A stretch of 64,000 nt of DNA, taken from NCBI GenBank assembly GCA_035363115.1, contig DAOSEM010000001.1, positions 335,356 through 399,355 of the forward strand, read 5' to 3'. Both the position numbers and the translations under genes were made by a program. This document shows positions 9,040-18,806 of the stretch, one piece after another; position 1 is the first letter of the stretch, and each line of letters starts with the position of its first letter. Origin of the DNA: Syntrophales bacterium. Lineage in GTDB: Bacteria > Desulfobacterota > Syntrophia > Syntrophales > PHBD01. The notes beneath the pieces are model-generated. The model did no database searches. It saw only the letters and a list, made by a program, of their open reading frames with translations, and was not told the DNA's origin.

Positions 9040-11306
9040 AACCGAATCGGAAGAACCCGGTCATCGACGAGAAGGAAGCCCGCAAGCGGCGGCGGGAACG
9101 GCTCATCATCCTCCTGACGGTGTGCCTGATCGTCCTTCTGGCCTACGTGGAGAGCAGGATCTCCTGGCGGGGCCAGGTCCTGCCCATCTCGGACAATGTC
9201 CTGATCTTCGGCTTCATCAACATCAACATCATCCTGATCATCCTCCTCATCTTCCTGATTGTCCGCAACGTGGTGAAGCTGGTATTCGAGCGCCGGCGCG
9301 GCGTCATCGGCTCGAAGTGGCGGTCCAAGCTGGTGGCGGCCTTCGTGAGCCTGTCGCTGATTCCCACGGCTCTCCTGTTTGTCGTGTCCATCAACTTCCT
9401 TTCCTACAGCATCGAGAACTGGTTCAATGTGCGTCTCGGGGATGCCCTGAACACAACCCTGGAAGTGGCCCAGTACTATTACCAGCAGGGGACCGAGTAC
9501 GCCCGCTACCATGCCCGCGGCATCAGCGGAGAAATCACGGACAATCGCCTCTACGAGCCGGACAAGCATTCGTACCTGAAGGCCCTCATGGAGCGGCGCC
9601 AGTCCAGCCTGAATATCGGGGTCCTGGAAGTGCATTTCGACAGCCAGAGAGAGGGGATGATCGTCCGCAGTACTCCCGCGGAGACAATACCTCCGTCTGT
9701 CCTGACGGCATCGCAGCTCGAGAAGGTCTATGCGGGGCAGGAAGTGGCGGAGATACAAACCAGCACGGCCGCCGGGGAGATCATCCGGGGGATCGCGCCG
9801 GTTTACACGTTCCTGGTTCCCAGGGAGGTGATCGGGTACGTGACGGTCAGTTACATCATGCCGAAGGCCATGGTGGACAAAATGGCCGTAATCTCCGCCG
9901 CGTCGGAGCAGTACCGCCAGCTGAAAATCCTGAAGAACCCGGTCAAGTTCACCTATGTGGTCACCCTGTCGGTCGTGACGCTCCTGATCCTTTTTTTCGC
10001 CACCTGGTTCGGCCTGTTCCTGGCGAAGGGAATCAACGAGCCCCTCGAGGACCTGGCGGAGGCGACCCGGAAGATTGCTGCCGGTGATCTTGATTATCAG
10101 ATCAACCTCGCCGGGGATGACGAGATCGGGGTCCTCGGGCAGTCCTTCAATGCCATGACCCGGGAGCTCAAGAAGTCGAACCAGCGCCTGGAAGAGGCGA
10201 ACAGGGACCTGGAAGAGCGCCGGAAATACATGGAAACGGTCCTGGGCAACGTTTCGGCGGGCGTCATCGCCGCCGACCGGGACGGCATCGTTACAGCCGT
10301 CAACCGGGCGGCGGAGCGGATGCTCCATATCCGGACGGAACAGGTCCTCTGGAAATCGTACCTGGACATCCTGACGGCGGAACAACTGGTGCTTGCCCGG
10401 GAAATGCTCCAGGAAATGAAGGAAAGCCCGGAGGGAGCCCTTCAGAAGCAGATGGAAATCGTCGTGGAAAGCCGGGCTATCACGATCCTCATGACGGCAA
10501 CGGACATCCGGGATGACGATGGACGCGACATGGGGGTCGTCGTGGTATTCGAGGACCTTACGGAGATGCAAAAGGCCGAGCGGGCCGCGGCCTGGCGGGA
10601 AGTGGCGCGGCGCATGGCCCACGAAATCAAAAACCCCTTGACGCCGATCCAGCTTTCTGCCCAGAGACTGCAGCGGAAATACGGGGACCGCCTCGGGGAG
10701 GACGTCAAGGTCTTCCAGGAATGCACGAAGACCATCATCGATCACGTGGACGTCCTCAAAAACCTGGTGAACGCCTTTTCCCAATACGCACGGATGCCCG
10801 TGACGAATCCGTCGCCCAATGACCTCAACGAGGTCGTCACCGATCCGGTGGTCCTGTTCCAGGACGCCCACAAGGACCTCCGGTTCGACCTCGACCTCGA
10901 TCCCGGAATCCCTCGGCTGCTCATCGATCCCGAGCAGATCAAGCGGGTCATGATCAACCTCCTGGACAACGCCGTGGCGGCGGTGCAGGGCTCCTCCGGA
11001 CACATCGCCGTCCGCTCCGCCTTCGACCGGCGGAACTCCCGGGTGACGGTGGCCGTGGCCGACAACGGGTGCGGGGTGCCGCCACGCTACAAGATGAAGA
11101 TTTTCGAGCCCTATTTTTCAACAAAAGTGTCCGGGACCGGACTCGGCCTCGCCATTGTCAGTTCCATCATCTCCGACCACCAGGGCCAGGTTCAGGTGGC
11201 GGACAACAATCCCTGCGGGACCGTTGTGTCTTTTCATCTTCCCGTAATGGAAGGGGACGGGAACGCGGCCATGAAGCAGCCTTCCCTGGAATCGGAACAT
11301 GCATAA
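9036..11306 (+). CDS. NtrY-like sensor histidine kinase (TM-HAMP-PAS-HisKA-HATPase)
   Basis: N-terminal TM helices, HAMP (EPLEDLAEATRKIAAGDLDYQI), PAS, H-box RRMAHEIKNPLTPIQLSAQRL, ATPase DNGCGVP...GTGLGLAIVSSII. Confidence 0.85.
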   Translation: MKPNRKNPVIDEKEARKRRRERLIILLTVCLIVLLAYVESRISWRGQVLPISDNVLIFGFININIILIILLIFLIVRNVVKLVFERRRGVIGSKWRSKLVAAFVSLSLIPTALLFVVSINFLSYSIENWFNVRLGDALNTTLEVAQYYYQQGTEYARYHARGISGEITDNRLYEPDKHSYLKALMERRQSSLNIGVLEVHFDSQREGMIVRSTPAETIPPSVLTASQLEKVYAGQEVAEIQTSTAAGEIIRGIAPVYTFLVPREVIGYVTVSYIMPKAMVDKMAVISAASEQYRQLKILKNPVKFTYVVTLSVVTLLILFFATWFGLFLAKGINEPLEDLAEATRKIAAGDLDYQINLAGDDEIGVLGQSFNAMTRELKKSNQRLEEANRDLEERRKYMETVLGNVSAGVIAADRDGIVTAVNRAAERMLHIRTEQVLWKSYLDILTAEQLVLAREMLQEMKESPEGALQKQMEIVVESRAITILMTATDIRDDDGRDMGVVVVFEDLTEMQKAERAAAWREVARRMAHEIKNPLTPIQLSAQRLQRKYGDRLGEDVKVFQECTKTIIDHVDVLKNLVNAFSQYARMPVTNPSPNDLNEVVTDPVVLFQDAHKDLRFDLDLDPGIPRLLIDPEQIKRVMINLLDNAVAAVQGSSGHIAVRSAFDRRNSRVTVAVADNGCGVPPRYKMKIFEPYFSTKVSGTGLGLAIVSSIISDHQGQVQVADNNPCGTVVSFHLPVMEGDGNAAMKQPSLESEHA

Positions 11307-12696
11307 GAACATCCTGATCGTTGACGACGAGAAAAGCATCTGCCAGTCCCTCGAGGGAATCCTCGCCGACGAGGGCTACGAAGTCCAGACGGCGCCGAGT
11401 GCCGAAGATGCCCTCCGCATGATGGAGGAGGAGGCACCGCACCTGGTGCTCCTGGACATCTGGCTTCCCGGAATGGACGGCCTCGAGGCGCTCAAGATCA
11501 TCAAGACCGAGTTTCCCCAGGTCCGGGTGGTCATGATGTCGGGCCACGGAACCATCGAGACGGCCGTCAAGGCGACGAAGCTGGGCGCCTTCGATTTCAT
11601 CGAGAAGCCCCTGTCGCTGGAAAAGATCATCCTGGTGATCAACCACGCGATGGACATGATGCGCCTGGAGGAGGAGAACGTCCTCCTGAAGCAGAAGCTA
11701 ACCCAGAGCTTCGAGCTGACGGGCAAGAGTCCCGTGATCATGGAGCTCAAGGAGCAGATCTCCATCGTGGCTCCCACCAACGCCTGGATCCTCATCATGG
11801 GGGAAAACGGAACCGGAAAAGAGCTGGTGGCCCGCTCCATTCACCGCAAGAGCCGACGGAACCAGAAGCCCTTCGTGGAGGTCAACTGTGCGGCCATCCC
11901 GGAGGAGCTGATCGAAAGCGAGCTTTTCGGCCATGAAAAAGGCGCCTTTACGGGGGCGACCTCGAAGAAGAGGGGCAAGTTCGACCTGGCCAACGAGGGG
12001 ACCATCTTCCTCGACGAGGTAGCCGACATGAGCCAGAAGGCCCAGGCGAAGATCCTCCGCATCCTCCAGGAAAAAACCTTTGAACGGGTGGGGGGCAACC
12101 GGCTCATCTCCACGGACGTCCGGGTCCTGGCGGCCACCAACAAGGACCTGGAACGGGAAATGGAGGAAGGACGCTTCCGGCAGGACCTGTACTACCGCCT
12201 GAACGTCATTCCCCTGCATGTGCCGCCCCTGCGGGACCGGCGGGAAGACATCCCGCTTCTTGTAGCCCGTTTTATCCACGACTTTTCACTGAAGGAAGGC
12301 GAGGTGGAAAAAACGATGAGCAACGAGGCCCTGGAGAAGCTCATGCGGCACGACTGGCCGGGGAATGTCCGGGAGCTGAAGAACATCGTCGAGCGCCTGG
12401 TCATCATGACGCCCGGCAGGGTCATCGACGTGGCGGATATCCCCCCGCTCCAGAAGACGGAGAACGGCCAGCGGCCGGAGACCGCCGACATTCCCATTCC
12501 CTCCGATTCGGACTCCCTCCGGGATGCCCGGCAGGACTTCGAGAAACAGTTCATCATCAAAAAACTGAAGGAGTTCGACGGGAATATCTCCCGAACGGCG
12601 GAGGCCATCGGGCTGGAGCGGAGCAATCTTCACCGGAAGATCAAGTCCTTCGGGCTGGACGCCAGGCCGGACGACCGGGAATCCCAGCCGTCCTGA
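11299..12696 (+). CDS. sigma-54-dependent response regulator (NtrX/NtrC family)
   Basis: Receiver ILIVDDE...LLDIWLPGMDG, AAA+ GENGTGKE, ESELFGHEKGAFTGA (GAFTGA loop), C-terminal Fis-type HTH. Confidence 0.9.
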   Translation: MHKNILIVDDEKSICQSLEGILADEGYEVQTAPSAEDALRMMEEEAPHLVLLDIWLPGMDGLEALKIIKTEFPQVRVVMMSGHGTIETAVKATKLGAFDFIEKPLSLEKIILVINHAMDMMRLEEENVLLKQKLTQSFELTGKSPVIMELKEQISIVAPTNAWILIMGENGTGKELVARSIHRKSRRNQKPFVEVNCAAIPEELIESELFGHEKGAFTGATSKKRGKFDLANEGTIFLDEVADMSQKAQAKILRILQEKTFERVGGNRLISTDVRVLAATNKDLEREMEEGRFRQDLYYRLNVIPLHVPPLRDRREDIPLLVARFIHDFSLKEGEVEKTMSNEALEKLMRHDWPGNVRELKNIVERLVIMTPGRVIDVADIPPLQKTENGQRPETADIPIPSDSDSLRDARQDFEKQFIIKKLKEFDGNISRTAEAIGLERSNLHRKIKSFGLDARPDDRESQPS

Positions 12697-13683
12697 TCAG
12701 GACTTTTCTCCGCCGTTCATCTGCCGCTGCAGGTCCGCCAGCGAGAATTTCATGAAGGGCAGGAACGGAAGTCCCATGACCACGATGAACAGTACGGAAA
12801 TGAAATGGTAGACCACGGCGAAGGGCAGTGCCTCCGCCTTGGTGATTCCGAACAGCCCGAGACCCAGGATACAGGCGTAATGCCAGTTCCCGATAAATCC
12901 CGGGGCCGTGGGAATGGCGATTCCGATCAGGAGGATGACCATCAGGATCAGGGCTGCCGTGACCGACAGGGGAAGGGAAAAGGCCGCGAACATGGCGTAA
13001 ATGATCGCCACGTCCACGACCCAGATCACAAGCGACAGTATGCCCACCCGTACAAGCAGGCGCGTGTCCCGGATGATCCCGAACCCGTCGATGAAATGGA
13101 GGATCATCCCCCGGATCGGGGCGGCAAAACGGCCGGGAATCCATCGAATGATGAACTCCGCCGCCTGCATGGCGTTTTCCCGCCGGAAGGACAGAAAGAT
13201 CATCAGGAAGACCAGCCCCAGCATGGCCGCCCCGAACAGGATGCCGGAACGGACGAGCCAGGGCGGGAAGGGCGTCCACTGCAGGGCGATCATCGCCAGC
13301 AGGAGAACGGTTGCGCCGTCCATGACCCTCTCCACCAGGATCGTACCGAGGGCGGAGGTCATCCGGATGCTGCTGTGGCGGGCGATGAGGTAGGGTCGGA
13401 CCAGCTCTCCCAGGCGGGCCGGCAGGGCCGTGATGGCCAGGAATCCGACGTTGGAGATTTTAAAAACGGTCCACGGGCGGACCGTTTCCAGGGGTTTGAG
13501 GATCAGGCCCCAGCGCCATGAGCGCAGGACCTGCATGGCCAGCATGCCTGCGAGCGCGGGAACGAGAAAGCCGTAGCGGATCGACCGGAATCCCTCGGCC
13601 ACATCCCCGAAACGAATGCCCCTCACCGAGAGCCAGACCAGGGCCGCACTCAGCAGGATTCCCAGGATCAGTTTCTTTTTCAT
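12697..13683 (-). CDS. flippase-like / lysylphosphatidylglycerol synthase TM domain protein (UPF0104)
   Basis: Polytopic membrane protein MKKKLILGILLSAALVWLSVRGIRFGDV...LRSWRWGLILKPL, typical of the family. Confidence 0.75.
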   Translation of the reverse strand: MKKKLILGILLSAALVWLSVRGIRFGDVAEGFRSIRYGFLVPALAGMLAMQVLRSWRWGLILKPLETVRPWTVFKISNVGFLAITALPARLGELVRPYLIARHSSIRMTSALGTILVERVMDGATVLLLAMIALQWTPFPPWLVRSGILFGAAMLGLVFLMIFLSFRRENAMQAAEFIIRWIPGRFAAPIRGMILHFIDGFGIIRDTRLLVRVGILSLVIWVVDVAIIYAMFAAFSLPLSVTAALILMVILLIGIAIPTAPGFIGNWHYACILGLGLFGITKAEALPFAVVYHFISVLFIVVMGLPFLPFMKFSLADLQRQMNGGEKS

Positions 13684-13752
13684 GGGCATTCCCGGCCGGT
13701 GACGGCGCTCAATCCGCCGCTCTCCCCGCAGGGGGCCGGGGTCCCTCGTTCA

Positions 13753-14244
13753 TCAGGGATTTCCGGTCGCTGCACCGGCTGCCGGAAGAGGTTTTACAAC
13801 CGGCGCGGGACTGCTTCCCAGCCCTCCGTTCCCGATCTTTGCGAGATTGTCCCGGATCCGATCCTGGATGAGCTGTGAGGAGACCTTGTTGCCGAACAGC
13901 CCCACCCGGACGGAGACCGTGGTGACGTCTTTGTCCTTGTACTTCAGTGCGATGGTCACGTCCTCCCCGTCGATGACGGCCTTGATCGTTCCCTCGCCGA
14001 TCTTCCGTTCCGGCGACACGTCCCGACCCTTCATGTCTGCCACGGTCTTCTCGCAGGCTTTCCAGGTCTTGTCCATGGCGAAATAGTAATCCGTCTTCAT
14101 CTCGCCGTTGATGTACGCATAGGTGCCGCCTCCGGCCCCCGCCGCGGCGACTCCCCCGACGATCAGGGCTGTCTCCAAACCACATCCGGCAAGCATCAGG
14201 ACCCCGAACACGACCGCCAGCGCTTTTTTCCACTTGTCCGTCAT
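13753..14244 (-). CDS. DUF3568-like lipoprotein
   Basis: MTDKWKKALAVVFGVLMLAGC lipobox, Gly-rich linker, then YYFAMDKTWKACEKTVADMKG...VTTVSVRVGLFGNK. Confidence 0.6.
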   Translation of the reverse strand: MTDKWKKALAVVFGVLMLAGCGLETALIVGGVAAAGAGGGTYAYINGEMKTDYYFAMDKTWKACEKTVADMKGRDVSPERKIGEGTIKAVIDGEDVTIALKYKDKDVTTVSVRVGLFGNKVSSQLIQDRIRDNLAKIGNGGLGSSPAPVVKPLPAAGAATGNP

Positions 14245-14385
14245 AGCTCCTCCTTTTGCTTCCTGGTGTTGGTGGCCGCCGGTGCGGTATGGACAGGCGG
14301 AACGCCGGCACCGGGGTGTGGGTCTCTTAGCACATTTTTCCTGGGACGTCACGGCTGAGCATGACGGGGACGAAGGGGGGACCCC

Positions 14386-15438
14386 TTATTCTCTCCCGAG
14401 GCGCTCGAACTCCCGGAGGAGTTCCTCCTGCTTCCGGTTCAGCGACGTCGGGATCGCAACCACGGTTTCGATGATCTGGTCGCCCCGTCCGTGGCCGCGC
14501 AGGCGGGAGACCCCCCTGCCTTTCAGGCGGAACGTCTTGCCGCCCTGAGTGCCCCGCGGGATCTTCAGCTTTTCCGTTCCTTCCAGGGTCGGCACCTCGA
14601 TGCTGGCGCCGAGGGCGGCCTGGACAAAGGAGATGGGGATCCGGCAGTAGATGTCGTCACCGCTGCGCTCGAAGAACTCATGAGGCTCCACGTGGAGGAA
14701 AATATAGAGATCTCCGCTGGGGCCACCGTGAACCCCTTTCTCGCCCTCTCCCCGCAGGCGCAGGCGGGAGCCCGTTTCCACGCCGGCGGGAATCTTCAGG
14801 TTGACGGTCTTGTGGACCCGTTCCCTTCCAGATCCGCCGCAGGCTTTGCAGGGGCTGGTGATGACCGCTCCCTGCCCCCGGCAGGACGGACAGGTGGAGC
14901 TGATGCTGAAAAAGCCGCTCGTCTGGGTGACCTGGCCCCGGCCCCGGCAGCGGCTGCAGATCTCCGGGGCCGTTCCAGGTGCCGATCCGGATCCCTCGCA
15001 CTCCCGGCACGGTTCGTATTTCTCGATGTCGATATCCCTGGAAATGCCCCTCACCGCCTCCATGAAGGAAAGGGAAAGGTCGTAGCGGAGGTCGGCGCCG
15101 GCCCGGGCCGCCGTTCGGGAGCGGCCGCCGCGAAAACCGAAAATGTCTTCGAAAATACTGCCGAAGCTGGTAAAAATGTCGTCAAACCCGGAAAACCCCC
15201 TGAATCCGCTGCTGGTCAGTCCCTCGTGGCCGTAGCGGTCGTAGATCTCCCGCTTCTGGGGATCGCTCAGGACCTCATAGGCCTCCGCGGCTTCCTTGAA
15301 CTTCTCCTCCGCCTCCCGGTCCCCGGGATTCCGGTCCGGGTGGTACTGCATCGCCAGCCGGCGGTAGCTCTTCTTCATCTCCTCTTCGCTGGCCGTCCGC
15401 TGGACTTCGAGAATTTCATAGTAGCAGCGTTTGCTCAT
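14386..15438 (-). CDS. dnaJ: molecular chaperone DnaJ (type I)
   Basis: YYEILEV...YHPDRNPGD (HPD), G/F-rich region, four CxxCxGxG zinc motifs ([32 protein letters not shown]). ATG at 15438. Confidence 0.9.
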   Translation of the reverse strand: MSKRCYYEILEVQRTASEEEMKKSYRRLAMQYHPDRNPGDREAEEKFKEAAEAYEVLSDPQKREIYDRYGHEGLTSSGFRGFSGFDDIFTSFGSIFEDIFGFRGGRSRTAARAGADLRYDLSLSFMEAVRGISRDIDIEKYEPCRECEGSGSAPGTAPEICSRCRGRGQVTQTSGFFSISSTCPSCRGQGAVITSPCKACGGSGRERVHKTVNLKIPAGVETGSRLRLRGEGEKGVHGGPSGDLYIFLHVEPHEFFERSGDDIYCRIPISFVQAALGASIEVPTLEGTEKLKIPRGTQGGKTFRLKGRGVSRLRGHGRGDQIIETVVAIPTSLNRKQEELLREFERLGRE

Positions 15439-15836
15439 TCGACACCTCCGCCATCCACCGGAGCCTTCCCGGCGTCGTGAACCTGCCGGAGGCCTTCCGT
15501 GTTTCCGCTCTTCTCGAAGGCATGGCGGGCAAAGGTGAGGCGGCCCCTCCGGAGGGCCTGTTCCCCGAGCCGGCTCCACTCTTCTTGTGTTGCTTCCCGG
15601 CCCAGCGCCTTGACGGCCTGGAGAAAGAACTGGACGTCCCCCTCTTCTTCGGCCCGGGCCATGATGGCGCGGAGCTTGCCCGCGTCGTTCCCCCGGCCGA
15701 AACACTCGACGGCGTCGGCGATCCGCCCGGCGGCGAGGTATCGGTCTCCCAGGGCGGAGAGGGCCGCCGGAGCTGTCCTGTCGAGATGGAGAATGCGCTG
15801 CTTTTCTTTGTAATCGGGAAGATCTTGACGTTTCAT
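15435..15836 (-). CDS. hypothetical helical protein (133 aa) translationally coupled to dnaJ
   Basis: [46 protein letters not shown]...; its stop overlaps the dnaJ ATG (ATGA on the minus strand). I recognise no family. Confidence 0.5.
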   Translation of the reverse strand: MKRQDLPDYKEKQRILHLDRTAPAALSALGDRYLAAGRIADAVECFGRGNDAGKLRAIMARAEEEGDVQFFLQAVKALGREATQEEWSRLGEQALRRGRLTFARHAFEKSGNTEGLRQVHDAGKAPVDGGGVE

Positions 15837-15949
15837 GAGGAATTACGGGACCACCCTGTCCGGCCGGTGCAGGTCGCGACGGCACCGGGACCGCTTTCTC
15901 AACACCCGAAGTTAATCATGGGGGATGGGTCTGTCAAGGCGGGCGCCTG

Positions 15950-16837
15950 TTATGCAGTCAGCCGCTGCAGCGCCTCCTCATACCGTTCCAGGGTTTTCCG
16001 GACGATGTCCGCTGGCAGGGGCGGCGCCGGCGGCTTCTGGTCCCAGTTCAGCGACAGGAGGTAATCCCGGAGGAACTGCTTGTCGAAGCTCTTCTGGGAC
16101 CGTCCCTCCCCGTAGGAGTCGGCCGGCCAGAAGCGGGAGGAATCGGGCGTCAGAAGCTCGTCGATCAGGATCAGCTCGCCGTCCAGGAGTCCGAATTCCA
16201 TCTTCGTGTCGGCGATGATGATGCCCGCCTTGAGGGCACGCTCGGCGGCCCGCCGGTAGACGGCGATGCTCAGTCCGATCACCCGTTCCGTAAGCTCCGC
16301 TCCGATCTTGTCCTCCATTTCCTTCCGCGTCATGGGCAGGTCGTGCTGTCCGATTTCCGCCTTGGTGGTCGGCGTGAACAGGGGTTCCGGCAGGCGGGCC
16401 GACTCGTTCAGTCCCTCCGGCAGGGGGATCCCGCAGATGGAGCGGCTCTTCCGGTACTCCTGCCAGCCGGAGCCGCTCAGGTACCCGCGGACGATGCATT
16501 CCACGGGAAGGGGGCGCGCCTTTTCAACCAGCATCGAACGGCCCTCCAGGATCTCGCGGTGCGGGGCGCAGGAGGCGGGGAAGTCCGCCGGGTCCGTGGA
16601 CAGCAGGTGATGGCGCACCAGGTCCTTCATGACCCCGAACCAGAACGAGGACATGCGGGTCAGGATCCTGCCTTTGCCGGGGATGGGATCGGCCATGACC
16701 ACGTCGAAGGCGGAGATCCGGTCCGATGTTACGATCAGAAGCCTGTCTCCCAGGTCGTATACGTCGCGGACCTTCCCGCGGCCTGCCAGCTGCAGGCCGT
16801 CCAGGTTCGTTTCCATCAGGCCTTTCGATTCATTCAT
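15950..16837 (-). CDS. purC: phosphoribosylaminoimidazole-succinocarboxamide (SAICAR) synthase
   Basis: GKVRDVYDLGDRLLIVTSDRISAFDVVM...LIDELLTPDSSRFW. Start taken at MNESKG (16837). Confidence 0.9.
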   Translation of the reverse strand: MNESKGLMETNLDGLQLAGRGKVRDVYDLGDRLLIVTSDRISAFDVVMADPIPGKGRILTRMSSFWFGVMKDLVRHHLLSTDPADFPASCAPHREILEGRSMLVEKARPLPVECIVRGYLSGSGWQEYRKSRSICGIPLPEGLNESARLPEPLFTPTTKAEIGQHDLPMTRKEMEDKIGAELTERVIGLSIAVYRRAAERALKAGIIIADTKMEFGLLDGELILIDELLTPDSSRFWPADSYGEGRSQKSFDKQFLRDYLLSLNWDQKPPAPPLPADIVRKTLERYEEALQRLTA

Positions 16838-16889
16838 GGGTATTTGCGCCTCCGTTCGAGTCGTTGTTTCCTGCCCGGAAGGCATCCGG

Positions 16890-17519
16890 CTATCGCAGGA
16901 ACGGATTGAATTTCTTTTCGTGTCCGATGGTGGAGGTGGGTTGGCGTCCATAGTTGTGTCCCGGCAGGACCACGGTGTCGTCAGGGAGGGAGAGCAGACG
17001 CTCCCGGATGGAGCGGCTCATGACCTGCCAGGATCCGCCGGGAAGGTCGGTTCGGCCCACCGCCTCGACGAAGAGCGTGTCTCCCGTGAAGACGAAGCCT
17101 TCCGTGTAGAGGGCCATTCCTCCGGGCGAGTGTCCCGGGGTGTGGATGACCTTCAGGGAGACGCTGCCGACGGTGATCGTGTCGCCGTCCCGAACGGTGA
17201 GATCCGCCGCCGGCGACTTCTGGGCCCTGAACATGGCGAGCATCATGGCCGGCGTGGACGTCAGCATGTCCGCATCGTCCTCGTGAACGACAATCGGAGC
17301 GCCGGTCTTTTTCTTCATGTCCTGGTTGCCGGAGATGTGGTCCACGTGGCCGTGGGTGTTCACGATATACTTGATGGTGAGGTCGGCCCGTTTGGCCTCC
17401 TCGAGAATGCCGGCGGTGTTCGCCGCCGGATCGATGACCAGGCCTTCCCCCGTCCGGGGATCGCCGACGATATAGGCGAAAACGGCCATCATCCCCACCT
17501 GCATCTGTTTCAGAAACAT
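16890..17519 (-). CDS. MBL-fold metallo-hydrolase (glyoxalase II-like)
   Basis: VNTHGHVDHISGN...HTPGHSPGG...GDTLF. Confidence 0.85.
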   Translation of the reverse strand: MFLKQMQVGMMAVFAYIVGDPRTGEGLVIDPAANTAGILEEAKRADLTIKYIVNTHGHVDHISGNQDMKKKTGAPIVVHEDDADMLTSTPAMMLAMFRAQKSPAADLTVRDGDTITVGSVSLKVIHTPGHSPGGMALYTEGFVFTGDTLFVEAVGRTDLPGGSWQVMSRSIRERLLSLPDDTVVLPGHNYGRQPTSTIGHEKKFNPFLR

Positions 17520-17687
17520 GGTTTTCTCCCGTCTTGGACGATTCGGGGCAGGCCTATCACTTTTCCTTTTTTCCCGTCAACGGAATTTGACCGGGCGACC
17601 GCCGGCGGATTGTTTTGACACGCCGGCCGCCGATGCCTTATGGTGCGGGCGGTTCATCACGGGAAGCGGAACGGAGGAGCGGAACCC

Positions 17688-17984
17688 ATGATCCGGGAGA
17701 AATCGGACCGTTATGACTGCGTCGGCTGCGGATACTGCTGCATCCGCCACACCTGCACCTTCGGACTGCACCGCCATCCCGGAAAGCGCGACCGCCGCTG
17801 CCCGGAGCTGCACTGGAACGGCTCGCGATACGTCTGCCGCCTCATGGTCGAGCCGGGGGGCATGTCCGATTTCATCCGGGAGCAGCTTCAGGCGGGATTC
17901 GGCTGCCGGTCTTATCACAATCCCTGGCGCTCCGAGGTGCGGGAGCGGACGGAAGAAGAGGAGAAGATCCTGTTTGATCGCTGA
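17688..17984 (+). CDS. small Cys-rich protein, YkgJ-like cysteine cluster (CxxCGxCC)
   Basis: MIREKSDRYDCVGCGYCCIRHTCTF...RCPELHWNGSRYVCRL. A candidate TTGACA-N18-TATGGT promoter lies at 17615-17644. Confidence 0.5.
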   Translation: MIREKSDRYDCVGCGYCCIRHTCTFGLHRHPGKRDRRCPELHWNGSRYVCRLMVEPGGMSDFIREQLQAGFGCRSYHNPWRSEVRERTEEEEKILFDR

Positions 17985-18014
17985 ACGGAAGGCCCCTGGC
18001 CGCCGGGACGTGCT

Positions 18015-18806
18015 TCAGAGCAGCGACCGGTCCCGGAGGATCCGGAGGAGCTCAAGGGCCTTCTCCTCCGTCGTCCCTTCCAGGAAGCGGCAGGATGCGG
18101 CCGGCGGGGCCGAGACCCCGAGGGAGCGCTCCCGGATCTCCGGGGCCGGCAGGGTATCCGCGGGGACTTCCGTGAGACCCTGCGAGCGGGCCCGGAGCAC
18201 GTGCGACAGGGCCGGGTAGCGAGGCCGGTTGATTCCCGTCTGAACCGCCACGACCGCCGGGAGGCGGATCGCCAGGATCTCCCTTCTGCCCCCCTCCATC
18301 TCCCGTTCCACGACGATGCAGGAACCTTCCAGACCAGCCTGTTCCCCGGGGCTGACATCAAGACGGACCGCGGAGGTGGCCCACGGCCAGTCCAGGCGCG
18401 CCGCCAGCATGGGCCCGGTCTGGCCGTGCATGTCGTCCTCCGAGAGCGTTCCCGCCAGGATCAGGTCGTATCCCCGACCCTCGGCCCAGGCGGCCAGGAG
18501 GGCGGAGATCTCCGAGGGCATCGGGTTTGCGTCTTCCTCCATGAGGATCAGGATTCCTTCGTCGGCGCCCATCTCCAGGGCCCGTCGCAGGGCGGCCCGC
18601 ACGCGCGGGGGACCGGCGGAGACGGCGTCGATCCGCGTGCCCGGGAGCGCCTCCCGGATCCGCAGGGCCTCCTCCAGGGCGTGCTCATCGTAGCGGTTGA
18701 TCCGCCAGTCCGCTCCTTCGGCGGCCCTCCAGCGGGTCCCGCTGTCGTCCGGTGCCACCGGGGCGTCGTCGTCCGGGACTTGCTTGATGCACACCAGGAT
18801 CTTCAT
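18015..18806 (-). CDS. etfB: electron transfer flavoprotein beta subunit-like protein
   Basis: MKILVCIKQVPDDDAPV...RINRYDEHALEEALRI...YDLILAG; its ATG overlaps the stop of the upstream response regulator (ATGA). Confidence 0.8.
   Translation of the reverse strand: MKILVCIKQVPDDDAPVAPDDSGTRWRAAEGADWRINRYDEHALEEALRIREALPGTRIDAVSAGPPRVRAALRRALEMGADEGILILMEEDANPMPSEISALLAAWAEGRGYDLILAGTLSEDDMHGQTGPMLAARLDWPWATSAVRLDVSPGEQAGLEGSCIVVEREMEGGRREILAIRLPAVVAVQTGINRPRYPALSHVLRARSQGLTEVPADTLPAPEIRERSLGVSAPPAASCRFLEGTTEEKALELLRILRDRSLL

Noticed and set aside
14327-14333. TTAGCAC, the left half of a CIRCE (HrcA) operator, near dnaJ
   Set aside because: There is no GAGTGCTAA partner 9 nt away, and it lies downstream of dnaJ (which is on the minus strand) rather than in its promoter region.
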